In this document: piece by piece, positions 9,728-18,566 of the stretch
How positions within the stretch are numbered: position 1 is the stretch's first letter
Layout of the letters: each line of letters begins with the position of its first letter
DNA from: a virus
Length of the DNA: 58,579 nucleotides
Virus record (IMG/VR): IMGVR_UViG_3300045988_039851
Direction: 5' to 3' (one strand)
Translations under genes and position numbers: made by a program
Notes under the pieces: model-generated
Databases searched by the model: none
What the model saw: only the letters and a program-made list of their open reading frames with translations
Told to the model about the DNA's origin: nothing

Positions 9728-10071
9728 CAGCCGATAACACCTACTCTCGGAACCACTTCATTCAGCAGGGACTGCGCCACATCGGAGCTTTCCCACACAC
9801 GAGTAATGCCGTTGTTGGTATAGCTCGTCTGTCCGTTTGCGCCAATGTGGTTATACAGTTCCGCTGCAATGCGTATCTGCAACGACTGATACTGCGAGGG
9901 CAGCTCGTCCGGTCTGTTACCAAATGGGTAGCCCTGCGCAAATATCTTGTCTTTGGCGAAATCAAGCAGCAGGTCGAAGAGTGGGTAGTCCTCGTCCGTG
10001 ATTTCACGGTCAAGTGCAGGGGCAATGTACTGCCCCAGCTTGACTGCCGCTTCGGAATACTGGTCTCCCAT
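9727..10071 (-). CDS. Head-tail connector protein (gp6-like position)
   Basis: 114-aa ORF directly after the capsid gene. Confidence 0.55.
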   Translation of the reverse strand: MGDQYSEAAVKLGQYIAPALDREITDEDYPLFDLLLDFAKDKIFAQGYPFGNRPDELPSQYQSLQIRIAAELYNHIGANGQTSYTNNGITRVWESSDVAQSLLNEVVPRVGVIG

Positions 10072-10091
10072 GCCGCTTTTCTCCTTTCGCC

Positions 10092-11168
10092 TTAGTAAGC
10101 CTTGATGCAGTACACAGCGTCCATGCGCTCAAAGGACGGCAGGACGATTTCAGAAGCAATAATGTCAGTGCTGACAGGATTGGCTTCCTGCTTCGTAGTA
10201 ATGGCAACGCCAGTATTCACAACGGAAACCTGCGCGTTGGAGATACCAGCCATCAGGTCAACCTCTTCCGGGGTTGCAACGTAGTACATATTGCCCAGAG
10301 AACCAGAAGGAGCCAGCACAACATAACCATCAGGCAGATACTTCTCAGCAGCTGCGGTTTCTTCCGGCTTGAACATCTTGTCGTACAGATGGATGCGGAT
10401 GCCGGATGCGCTTTCGACAACAGAACGTGCCTCAGAATCGATAAGAACGGCGGTGGTGGTTTTCATAACCGTCAGGAAACGGTTTTTGACCTCGTCCGCA
10501 GCAATCATCTTGTGGAAGGTGTTCGTATTCATGTAGGCTTCGGCAATGACTTCGCCAGTGTTCGCAAGAACAGTGTTTGCGGCAGTAGTCATCGTGGCGA
10601 TGGGGGTTGCAGTAGTAGGAGCATCCCACTTCTCCTTGGTAGTCAGAGCCTTGTAATTGGACTGCTGCCAAGTGCCATCCGGGTCATAATCATAGACGTA
10701 GCTCACGCCGTTAGATTCGATAGAAATGCCGGGCTTGCCAGTCTTGGGAGCCAGAAGCTGCCATACCATGCGCTCAGGAACGATGCGAGCACCAGTGATA
10801 AGCTGTGCAGTATCGTCGTAGACACGATTGATAACATCTGCCGCAAACTCCTGATTGGTAGCCAAAACAGAAATGATCTTGCGACGGTCGCTCTCGTCGA
10901 TATGCACACCCTCACGGAAGAAGGGCATATTCGTCTCCGTCACCTGAATACCTTTACGGGTACGGAACGTAGCCTTAGTGTCAAATACGCTAGGCTTCAG
11001 CGAAACGCCAACGCCCTTGTGACCGCGAAGCCACTTCAGTTCCATGCTGACCTTCTTGCGGGCAGGGAACAGAGCATCAGAAGCATAGGGCTGCGCATTG
11101 GTCGGGTCATTCGTCCAATAGGCGGCAATCGCAGCGGGGGAGAAGATTTCATTCAGATTCAGTGCCAT
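10092..11168 (-). CDS. Major capsid protein
   Basis: 358 aa, after the scaffold and decoration-like genes. The N-terminus LNLNEIFSPAAIAAYW..DALFP resembles the capsid protein E family (from memory). Confidence 0.8.
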   Translation of the reverse strand: MALNLNEIFSPAAIAAYWTNDPTNAQPYASDALFPARKKVSMELKWLRGHKGVGVSLKPSVFDTKATFRTRKGIQVTETNMPFFREGVHIDESDRRKIISVLATNQEFAADVINRVYDDTAQLITGARIVPERMVWQLLAPKTGKPGISIESNGVSYVYDYDPDGTWQQSNYKALTTKEKWDAPTTATPIATMTTAANTVLANTGEVIAEAYMNTNTFHKMIAADEVKNRFLTVMKTTTAVLIDSEARSVVESASGIRIHLYDKMFKPEETAAAEKYLPDGYVVLAPSGSLGNMYYVATPEEVDLMAGISNAQVSVVNTGVAITTKQEANPVSTDIIASEIVLPSFERMDAVYCIKAY

Positions 11169-11181
11169 AATTTAGTCCTCC

Positions 11182-11556
11182 TTACTCGCTCTTTGCGCCA
11201 ACATCGGTACGGCAGAAAACGGCAGGAACAGCCTTTTTCAGAGCGGCAATATCGTTTGCAGAATAGGTAAAGCCGGACAGCTTTGCTTTGTCCACATCAA
11301 TAACGCCCTGAATCAGCAGTGCGCCATTGCGGTTGACGGCAGGGTCAACAGTGTGCAGCAGAATGCCAATGGCATCGGTAGCTGCATCAGCAGCACTGGT
11401 GCCAGTAGTGGCAGCAGCTTTCAGACCAGTCTTTGCCATAGGATAACCAGCCGGGACAGCATTGGTCTCCTTGACGGTAAAAGGAATGGCAACGTAGGTA
11501 TCAGCAGCCAGAATAGTGCTTTCAGGAGCCGATACCGGAGTATTGGTGTACTTCAT
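11182..11556 (-). CDS. Head decoration-like protein (putative)
   Basis: 124-aa Ala/Thr-rich ORF between the scaffold and capsid genes. Confidence 0.45.
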   Translation of the reverse strand: MKYTNTPVSAPESTILAADTYVAIPFTVKETNAVPAGYPMAKTGLKAAATTGTSAADAATDAIGILLHTVDPAVNRNGALLIQGVIDVDKAKLSGFTYSANDIAALKKAVPAVFCRTDVGAKSE

Positions 11557-11566
11557 GTTTTCCTCC

Positions 11567-12151
11567 TTAATGGAAAGCAGTCATTGCGTCACTCGATGCC
11601 TTGTTTGCGTCTGCGCGCTCCTTCGCAAAGCGTTTAGCAAAGGAAACACCTGCGCTATCTGCGCCGTCACCATTGCCATCCGCACCCGGAGGCGTGGGCA
11701 TACCCTTCAGCAGAGAAGCCTTGTAAGCGGTGTCATGGGCGGTCATAAACTCAGACTGGAACTTAAAGACCTTGTCCATGTCGCCGTCAGCCAGTGCAGA
11801 CGCAGCCTTGTTAGCAAGTTCAGCGTCATAACCCTGTGCAACGAACTTCTCACGGTAAGATACGAGGGTCTTTTCCTTGACGAGGTTTTCCTTGTCGGCA
11901 GTCAAGGCTTCAATCTGTTTCTGCATCTCTGCCAGCTTGTCGGCCTGTTCCTGTGCAGCATTCTCGTCATCGGTACGCTTTGCCTTGAGCTGCTTCTTGT
12001 ACTCAGCAGCTTCGCCATTGGCTTTCGTCACGGCGTTGCGCAGCTTCTCAACCTCTACAGTCAGATCGGGAGCTTTTTCCATAGCAGCAACGATTTCATC
12101 GGCGGTCATGCCCTCTTTGTAGGCATCACCAAGTAACGCTTTGTAGTTCAT
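11567..12151 (-). CDS. Scaffolding protein (putative)
   Basis: Coiled-coil, Lys/Glu/Ala-rich. ATG at 12151 follows an AGGAGG RBS. It lies between the portal and capsid genes. Confidence 0.65.
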   Translation of the reverse strand: MNYKALLGDAYKEGMTADEIVAAMEKAPDLTVEVEKLRNAVTKANGEAAEYKKQLKAKRTDDENAAQEQADKLAEMQKQIEALTADKENLVKEKTLVSYREKFVAQGYDAELANKAASALADGDMDKVFKFQSEFMTAHDTAYKASLLKGMPTPPGADGNGDGADSAGVSFAKRFAKERADANKASSDAMTAFH

Positions 12152-12261
12152 ATTGTTAATTTCCTCCTGCGTTTTTTTACCGTTGCTTCCCTGCAACGCT
12201 GCGAAATTTGTATCCCGGCTTCCCTGCCGGAATATATCAGTCCGCTTATGCGGATTGATTT

Positions 12262-12645
12262 TTAATCGATTCGTTCTCCTACCGCGTTATAAACCGCTTC
12301 TGCGCTTGTGACATCAGGCGCAGAAAAATTTGTAGGGACAAGATAAACCGGAAGCCCATAAAGCTTTGCAGCGTCAGCCTCCACAGTGCAGCCGTTATAC
12401 AGCCACGCATTATCACCGCAAATACCGATGAAATAATCAGCCTGCGAAAGGAGTTCGATGCTCTTGCCAAGATACCAAAGCCCTTCAGTTTTGCACTTAG
12501 GCGGGTTATCTTCGATATAGGTTGGGATAACCTCAAGGCTTTCGCCGTACACTGCTTCGGCAATCTTGTGCAAACGGTCAAATGTCATCCGAATATTTTC
12601 TTCCGACCGATTCTTCATCGGGCAGGAAATAAACAGCTTCTTCAT
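12262..12645 (-). CDS. Nucleoside 2-deoxyribosyltransferase-like (DUF4406-like) protein
   Basis: 127 aa. Pattern MKKLFISCPM..LLSQADYFIGICGDNAW..GCTVEADAAKLYGLPVY resembles that fold family (from memory). Confidence 0.4.
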   Translation of the reverse strand: MKKLFISCPMKNRSEENIRMTFDRLHKIAEAVYGESLEVIPTYIEDNPPKCKTEGLWYLGKSIELLSQADYFIGICGDNAWLYNGCTVEADAAKLYGLPVYLVPTNFSAPDVTSAEAVYNAVGERID

Positions 12646-14144
12646 TTTTGCTCTCCTTCCTTTGCATTAGCCTGTTCTCCAACCATTTTGTCGTTGTCGG
12701 CAATATGGTCTGTGGGCTGTTTCTGCGGCTTCGGTGCTTTCCCATCCTCGCCCAGCTTGCCAGCGGCAATCAGGAACGGCTTGCTCATTTCGTAAGCAGC
12801 CTGCGGGTCGGGGAACAGGCCGGGTGTGGTGAATGCCAACTGTGGGTCAATAGACTGACCGAGCATCTGTGCGAAAATCTGAACCTTGCTTTGCTGGTTA
12901 TCGTACTGGCGGCGTGGAAGTTTGATGTTGATGTCACTTGCCATCAGCTTAGAACCAGCCGTATCACGCAGGATTTTTAGCATCACAGACAGGCTCTGGC
13001 GTTCAGCATACTTGAACATATTCTCGTACTGCTGCGCCCTCGCTTCGGTGTGATTCCAGCCGTTGCGGACGATAACTGCGCCCACGTTGTCAGACGTTGC
13101 GTTCTCGCTACCAGTGGCACTAGGCATGGCAGTCAGGCTGCGGTACACGTTCAACATGGAATCAAGCAAGGTCTGGCTCTGCTGCTGGTCAAGCTCGTTT
13201 GCAATCTGCGATACAGAAGCGGGCAGACCAGAAGTGGATTTCAGGCACATTGCGCCAAGCTCTTTTACTTGGTCGAGAGCATCCTTGTCCACAAGGCAGT
13301 TGGTGAACACCATGATGGACTGGATGAACTGCGCCACGCCGTCCAAACGGTTGCTTTCAAGGTCGTTGATGGCATCCAGCACAGGGATAGCAGGCTCAAA
13401 CAGACCCATGCGCTCCGGGTTCAGCTTGTATTCGACCATCGGCAACATTCCAAGAGAGTGATTCTCAGACTTTGTAACCTTGCCGTTGTCGATTTCAAAG
13501 TACTGGTTTGGCGTATACACGCAAATCAGGTCGTTCAAGTCATTCTGATAATTGCGTGGGATATGCAGCACGTTGGCGATGGGCTTGTGGCCGATGCCGG
13601 AGTTGTAAATCACATACGCCATGTCCGGGTCGGGAACATCCACCAGCAGGGGCGTTTCGTCCGGGTAGTTGCCGTTGTACCCCTTGTCAGGAAGGACAAT
13701 GCGGTATCCCTGTCCACACTCCAACATCCACTGCCAGAGCCGCCGATCGAGCGCGTCCTTGCCCTCATACTGCAAGGCGTTGGACAGGCGGGCAATTTCC
13801 TCACCGTCACCAGTTGCCGTTTCAGACCGCACATAAGAGCAAGGAGTACCGCTCATATAGCCCGTGTAGAAGCCCACGCACTCGTTGGCGTGGTTCTCTA
13901 CAATGCGATTGGTGATTTCAGCGTGGTACTCCTTCGTGCGGTGGAGGACAGGCTGACTACCCAAGTAGTAGTTGTGCAAAAAGCGAATCTCGTTCTTGTT
14001 CAGCAGATGAATAGGTTCTGCCTTGCCCATGACCACTTTTAGCACGTTCTCTCGGTTAATTTCCGTCTCCGGTGTTTCAATCGGTCTACGTCCGGTCAGC
14101 GGCTCATTCAAAAAGCCGCCAACAACCATCTGATACTCAGCCAT
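12642..14144 (-). CDS. Portal protein
   Basis: 500 aa in the terminase-to-scaffold interval. ATG at 14144 follows a GGAAAGGAGG RBS. Confidence 0.85.
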   Translation of the reverse strand: MAEYQMVVGGFLNEPLTGRRPIETPETEINRENVLKVVMGKAEPIHLLNKNEIRFLHNYYLGSQPVLHRTKEYHAEITNRIVENHANECVGFYTGYMSGTPCSYVRSETATGDGEEIARLSNALQYEGKDALDRRLWQWMLECGQGYRIVLPDKGYNGNYPDETPLLVDVPDPDMAYVIYNSGIGHKPIANVLHIPRNYQNDLNDLICVYTPNQYFEIDNGKVTKSENHSLGMLPMVEYKLNPERMGLFEPAIPVLDAINDLESNRLDGVAQFIQSIMVFTNCLVDKDALDQVKELGAMCLKSTSGLPASVSQIANELDQQQSQTLLDSMLNVYRSLTAMPSATGSENATSDNVGAVIVRNGWNHTEARAQQYENMFKYAERQSLSVMLKILRDTAGSKLMASDINIKLPRRQYDNQQSKVQIFAQMLGQSIDPQLAFTTPGLFPDPQAAYEMSKPFLIAAGKLGEDGKAPKPQKQPTDHIADNDKMVGEQANAKEGEQK

Positions 14145-14236
14145 GTGCCCCTCCTTTCCGGCAAAATAAAAAGCGCAGCAAGACAAACCTGTTAAGGTCT
14201 ATCTCACTGCGCTTACAACTGCGCTTCAAAAGCTAT

Positions 14237-14425
14237 TCAGTTTTTAAACTTTGGTACGGAGACCCATGTATCTTTTGGAAGGTTGGAATCTCCAATTGTA
14301 ATCCAATGGCAAAGAGGACACAGAAGGGAGAACTTGCCTTCCACTTCGCCAAGATAACGTCCGCAATCACACGGATTGCCGTTTGCGTCTTTTCGAGGAC
14401 GCTTGCATCTAACTTTCGCTACCAT
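14237..14425 (-). CDS. Small zinc-ribbon protein (Com-like arrangement)
   Basis: 62 aa with Cys at 7, 19, 21, 36 and 39 (CDCG and CPLC motifs). RBS AAAGGAG. Confidence 0.45.
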   Translation of the reverse strand: MVAKVRCKRPRKDANGNPCDCGRYLGEVEGKFSLLCPLCHWITIGDSNLPKDTWVSVPKFKN

Positions 14426-14592
14426 CTGTGCTCCTTTCGTTGAATTTCTGGAAACAGGCTGTTGAGCACAGACCTGTCAGAAGCTACTGGGAAACTGTTC
14501 GCACTTCCAGCCGTGCTATCTCCGCTCAGAGAAAGTCATTGCAGTCTTTACATTCAGTTGTCGGACAGATGTAAACGGGTTAACTGCAATTT

Positions 14593-14669
14593 TGGGTACG
14601 GGGGCTGGATTTGAACCAGCGTCCTCCAGCTTATGAGGCTGGCGAGCTACCGTGCTGCTCTATCCCGCC
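14593..14669 (-). tRNA. tRNA with CAU anticodon (Met / initiator-like, or Ile2 if lysidinylated), CCA encoded
   Basis: Hand-folded cloverleaf: D arm GAGC-AGCACGGTA-GCTC, anticodon arm CCAGC-CTCATAA-GCTGG, T arm GCTGG-TTCAAAT-CCAGC. The acceptor stem has 4 GC pairs, 1 GU pair and 2 mismatches. Confidence 0.75.
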
Positions 14670-14791
14670 ATAAATCCGGCTTGATTGGTTAACCGCTGCT
14701 CTTTGCAATGTCATGTCCAAACATTGCATCGAGAGCCGGGAATAGCGGTGGAGAATTCGGAGAATAAAAAGCCAAGCAAAGAAGATGGTTG

Positions 14792-14872
14792 TGCTGCGTA
14801 ACGGAATCGAACCGTTGCTTGCTAGCCGTGGGGGAGACAGGCCGGCATTCCCCAAACAATTGGAAACGCAAC
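14792..14872 (-). ncRNA. Degenerate tRNA-like element
   Basis: Perfect 7-bp acceptor (GTTGCGT/ACGCAGC) and T arm (AACGG-TTCGATT-CCGTT). The D loop is only 4 nt, and GGGGA..TCCCC closes a 13-nt loop in place of an anticodon arm. Confidence 0.4.
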
Positions 14873-14900
14873 ATATAAAGTCCGGTGAAGGCGAAAGAGT

Positions 14901-15010
14901 GAGAAAACCTCCACCGGTGAAAGGAGGAATATGCTTGTTGACACGCACGCGAGTAAAATGACAAAGCCCCGCGCACAAGCTATTCCTTTAAGGGAAGCTG
15001 CAGAACTTCC
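14901..15010 (-). ncRNA. Candidate small structured RNA upstream of the tRNAs
   Basis: Follows a promoter-like site. Has a long imperfect hairpin (AGGAATAGCTTGT..ACAAGCATATTCCT), then CCTCC..GGAGG and TTTTCTC. Confidence 0.3.
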
Positions 15011-15017
15011 TATGTAC

Positions 15018-15047
15018 ATTATAGGCCTTGTCAAGTGGTGAAATCAA
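15018..15047 (-). promoter_or_regulatory. Promoter-like site TTGATT-18-TATAAT facing the ncRNA/tRNA island
   Basis: Hexamers read on the minus strand, 40 nt downstream of the terL stop. Confidence 0.4.
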
Positions 15048-15086
15048 ATAAATAGACCCAGCGAACACAATATATTGTGTTTTTAA

Positions 15087-16754
15087 TCAAAATGGCCTCT
15101 TGACAGGCTCAATTTTGCTGATTCCGTTATACAATTCATCTGCAAGCTGTGCCAGACTGTCCGGTGCGTCATCGTGCGGAACTTTGCCAAGCTGCGTGAA
15201 CATCGTGACCTGTTCCATGAACGCCTTGTACTCTTTCGACTGGTGCTTCTCGTCAAGGAAATAGAACCGTTTGATGTCCGGCGCATACTGGATGATTCTT
15301 GACAGCTTGCTTTGCCCACTGGGCGCACGTTGGCTGCGGACAGAACAGTGATAGCCCTGTTGCCGGAGCTGGCTGTCTACCACATCACAGTATTCGTCAC
15401 CGCCGTTGTTGGCTTCGCCACGCACCACGTTGATTTTATGCTGAATGATTTTGCCCACAACTTCCGGTCTGGTCACGGTCTTATCGCCGTTATTGAACAC
15501 AAGGTCAGGGATGAACACAGCATCTCCGTACACATAAGCGATAGGACAGGCGGTGAAATCTCCGCCACCCCATGCAATATCCATGACCATGAGTTTGCGA
15601 TCAGGCTCACCATCAGGCAAAACGCCGTTGAAATACCGCAGTTCATCGGCAGGGAACAGCAGACCTTCACGCACATAGGGCTTGCCCATGTACTTTGCCC
15701 ACCATGTTGCATCATCAATGCTGGCTTTCATATCGGCATAGTAGGCATCATCAAAACCAACACCATAGTCATAATTAAAGTTACTGTGTCCGTTCTCATC
15801 CACCGCAGGAATCACCCGGAATCGGTACTTTGGGTTGTCTGCATACTGGTTCTGGATACGCCCCAGAGGGTCAAGCACGTTCCAGCGTGTACCGACCATC
15901 AGCTCTAATGCGCCTTGCTTTTTGCGGTCTTTCAACTGGTTCAGGTAGGCATCGTACTTGTTGTTCAGACGCTCAACGTTCAGGCTTTCCTCCAAGTCCT
16001 CGATCAGGTCATCACTGTACAGAACGCCGCCCTCGCCGATTTCAACAGCACCAGTCAGCGTACCGCCGATTGAGCGGCAAGTCAGGGTTGGGAAGCGCTT
16101 CTTTCGGTTCAGGTCAACGCTTTCGTCCTTTGCGCTTTTGTCCACAAGCTGAACGTCAGGGAAGATTTTACCCCAGTTGTAGGTTACAGGGTCGGTGATG
16201 ATGGACAGCACTTCGCCGTAGAAGCCGTTGGTCAGCTTGTCAGAGTGCCCGCTCATAACCGATGCAACGTCAGGGCGGTTGCCCATCAGCCATGTGATGA
16301 AAAATATACAGAGCGTACTCTTTCCAGTTCTCGGGGGCTGACTTACCCCAAGAAATTCTACACGATGGAAAAACAAGTCCTCTAGGTCACGAACCAACGT
16401 CAAAAGAACCTTTCTTCTCGGCTGATAGAACTTCTTCTCCGGCGCACGGTTCCATTCAAGGTAGATGCAATAGCTATCAAACACATCCCTTGCTTCAAAC
16501 AGGTAAGTTCGGCCGATAATGTCATAGGTCTTCGCTACGTCCTCGCCTGTTTTCATCTTGCCCATCATGGCTGCACAGACAGAGCGCAACTCACCAGAGT
16601 ACTTGTAGGCATCAAACCGCTTGTCTTGCGGCAGGGCATCTCTCAGGTTCACCACCGCCTGAAACCAGTCTTCATAGACCTGTGCTTCGGTCGGATTCTG
16701 CTTTGCATACGCTTTGATGCTGTCAATGATGGCGATACACTGCTTTGGCTGCAT
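15087..16754 (-). CDS. terL: Terminase large subunit
   Basis: 555 aa with Walker A-like GVSQPPRTGKST, Walker B-like VLYSDDLIED and a C-terminal nuclease-like region. Confidence 0.9.
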   Translation of the reverse strand: MQPKQCIAIIDSIKAYAKQNPTEAQVYEDWFQAVVNLRDALPQDKRFDAYKYSGELRSVCAAMMGKMKTGEDVAKTYDIIGRTYLFEARDVFDSYCIYLEWNRAPEKKFYQPRRKVLLTLVRDLEDLFFHRVEFLGVSQPPRTGKSTLCIFFITWLMGNRPDVASVMSGHSDKLTNGFYGEVLSIITDPVTYNWGKIFPDVQLVDKSAKDESVDLNRKKRFPTLTCRSIGGTLTGAVEIGEGGVLYSDDLIEDLEESLNVERLNNKYDAYLNQLKDRKKQGALELMVGTRWNVLDPLGRIQNQYADNPKYRFRVIPAVDENGHSNFNYDYGVGFDDAYYADMKASIDDATWWAKYMGKPYVREGLLFPADELRYFNGVLPDGEPDRKLMVMDIAWGGGDFTACPIAYVYGDAVFIPDLVFNNGDKTVTRPEVVGKIIQHKINVVRGEANNGGDEYCDVVDSQLRQQGYHCSVRSQRAPSGQSKLSRIIQYAPDIKRFYFLDEKHQSKEYKAFMEQVTMFTQLGKVPHDDAPDSLAQLADELYNGISKIEPVKRPF

Positions 16755-16885
16755 AAAAAATAGGCACCCCCTACCTGAAAATGTAAAGAGTGCCTACAAC
16801 TGCACAAAAATCAAATATTCGGTTTTATAATGCTGTTTCGGAAAATTATTTGCTAAAATCCATCTTAATAAATGGGTTGCACAGT

Positions 16886-17047
16886 TTATTTGACTTCTTC
16901 TGCAAGCTGGTTGAGTCTGCGTTTCAGCTCGTCTGCATCGTAGTACAAAGCGTCTGCAACGGCGTTGAGAATATCAGGCTTATCGGTGTAATCGCACAGC
17001 GTTTCAATGAGTTTCAAACTCTGCTCTGACAATTTTACAGTTTTCAT
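16886..17047 (-). CDS. Small hypothetical protein (53 aa)
   Basis: ATG follows an AAAGGAAAAG RBS. Below the ORF-track length cutoff; translated by hand (MKTVKLSEQSLKLIE..). Confidence 0.5.
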   Translation of the reverse strand: MKTVKLSEQSLKLIETLCDYTDKPDILNAVADALYYDADELKRRLNQLAEEVK

Positions 17048-17094
17048 GTCGCTTTTCCTTTCTCATTCGGTTTTATTCTATGTTGCGAGCAATA

Positions 17095-17652
17095 TCACCT
17101 TGCGGCTTTCGCACGGTTTGCGTCATAATCAGCAAACATAGACGCTGCAATCTTCATGGCTTCTTCTATTGTAGGATCCTTGATGAATGCTCTGCATCCA
17201 AACAGAACTCCGCTTGCATTTGTTTTGCTATTTTCTGGAATGATGTAGATTTTTCCGTTTTCGCGTTTGGCAAGCCATGTAGGAGTACTCCTGTATGCTT
17301 CTTCTTTCGCCTTGCGTTCAACTTCCATTTTTCCACGGACTTCCTTGAAAACAACATCAGCTTTCCGCTCTGCATCTTGCTTAGACCACGCATCGACATA
17401 AGCGAACCCTTGACCAATGATAACATTTTTCTCAACGTTATCTAAATGCGATTCACAGCAATCTGCGTCACCATAGGCATAAACCGTATAAGTGAGTGGT
17501 TTTGCCGTCAACTCTTCGGTATCCTCGTATTCTTCAACATCGGCATCGTACATCTCTGCGATTTTCTCCGCACGTCTACGGCTCTCGGTCAAAGTAATGA
17601 TATGATAATCCTCGCATCCACCGCTTGTCACTGCGTAAAGTTTTCTAGCCAT
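17095..17652 (-). CDS. Hypothetical protein
   Basis: 185 aa from the ATG at 17652 (RBS AGGTGA), directly after the recombinase stop. Confidence 0.6.
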   Translation of the reverse strand: MARKLYAVTSGGCEDYHIITLTESRRRAEKIAEMYDADVEEYEDTEELTAKPLTYTVYAYGDADCCESHLDNVEKNVIIGQGFAYVDAWSKQDAERKADVVFKEVRGKMEVERKAKEEAYRSTPTWLAKRENGKIYIIPENSKTNASGVLFGCRAFIKDPTIEEAMKIAASMFADYDANRAKAAR

Positions 17653-17656
17653 ACTT

Positions 17657-18232
17657 TCACCTGTTCTGTTCAGCAATCCGATACCATGTCTGGCGGGTCA
17701 CGCCAAGCTGTTTGGCGGCGTCCGTGACCGTAAGAATACGTTTCTCCACCTGCTCATGGAGAACGTCAAAGAGGTTGCGGTCATACTCCGTTGGTTTGCG
17801 GCCTTCCTTGTAATCGGGGCGCTGACTGGCAATCTTCTTGCCCTCTCTGGTGCGTTCAACAATCATGTCACGCTCAAACTCTGCAAAGGCAAGCATAACA
17901 GTTCGAATGACCTTGCCGGTGGGGGAGTTATTCATAACCCCAATGTTCAGGATGTTCACCGAAACGCCCTTATCAATGAACTGGTCTATCAGTTCAAGAC
18001 CATTCTTAGCGGAACGAGCAATGCGGTCAAGCTTCGCCACGATCAGCGTGTCTCCCGGCTGGATTTCAGCCATCAGCTTGTCCAGTTCAGGTCGATGCAG
18101 CTTTGTGCCGGTGTAAACATCCGAAAAGATTTTCTGTGCGCCGTTGGCTTTCAGAAGTTCCGACTGGGCTTCAAGGCTGTTGCCGTCAATCGCCTGACCA
18201 GCGGAACTGACACGAGCGTAACCGTAGATCAT
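17657..18232 (-). CDS. Small serine recombinase (resolvase/invertase family) with C-terminal HTH
   Basis: 191 aa. N-terminus [13 protein letters not shown] with the catalytic Ser motif; C-terminal [21 protein letters not shown]. Confidence 0.9.
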   Translation of the reverse strand: MIYGYARVSSAGQAIDGNSLEAQSELLKANGAQKIFSDVYTGTKLHRPELDKLMAEIQPGDTLIVAKLDRIARSAKNGLELIDQFIDKGVSVNILNIGVMNNSPTGKVIRTVMLAFAEFERDMIVERTREGKKIASQRPDYKEGRKPTEYDRNLFDVLHEQVEKRILTVTDAAKQLGVTRQTWYRIAEQNR

Positions 18233-18540
18233 TTTCCCTCACTCGCTTCCTTTGCTTTTCTTGTAAAGTATTCTGTCTTAAACTCATCCAAGCCATCATC
18301 AAGAATATATCTTTCGTTGCAATCTGGGTCAACTGGTTCAAGAACGATGCGATAGCCTAAAAGCCAACAAAATCTTGCCAAAATTCTAACAGTAAGACCA
18401 TCACCTCTTAAACGCTGCGTAACGAAAGAACTAGTTTTTTCTTTCCCACCAATTTCGTGCGCCCAATAAGTCTTGGTTTTGCTTTTATCTCTTTTTTGTT
18501 CCTTTTCTATAAGTTCTCTTACCACTTCATTGCTCTGCAT
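18229..18540 (-). CDS. Putative DNA-binding regulator, first gene of the recombinase operon
   Basis: 103 aa. It overlaps the recombinase start by 4 nt and lies downstream of a promoter carrying two operator boxes. Confidence 0.55.
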   Translation of the reverse strand: MQSNEVVRELIEKEQKRDKSKTKTYWAHEIGGKEKTSSFVTQRLRGDGLTVRILARFCWLLGYRIVLEPVDPDCNERYILDDGLDEFKTEYFTRKAKEASEGK

Positions 18541-18566
18541 AAGGCTCCCTCTCTTTCTTTAAGCCA

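Noticed and set aside
14593-14872. tRNA region as an attP for chromosomal integration
   Set aside because: No tyrosine or large-serine integrase exists in the circle. The tRNA(CAU) is full length with its own CCA. The element also has a complete plasmid replication and partition block.
14700-15086. tmRNA
   Set aside because: A T arm and acceptor-like 3-prime strand exist. However, the acceptor pairs locally to give an 81-nt tRNA-like unit. There is no 5-prime GGGG..pairing partner at tmRNA distance, and I could not find a tag reading frame with a resume codon.
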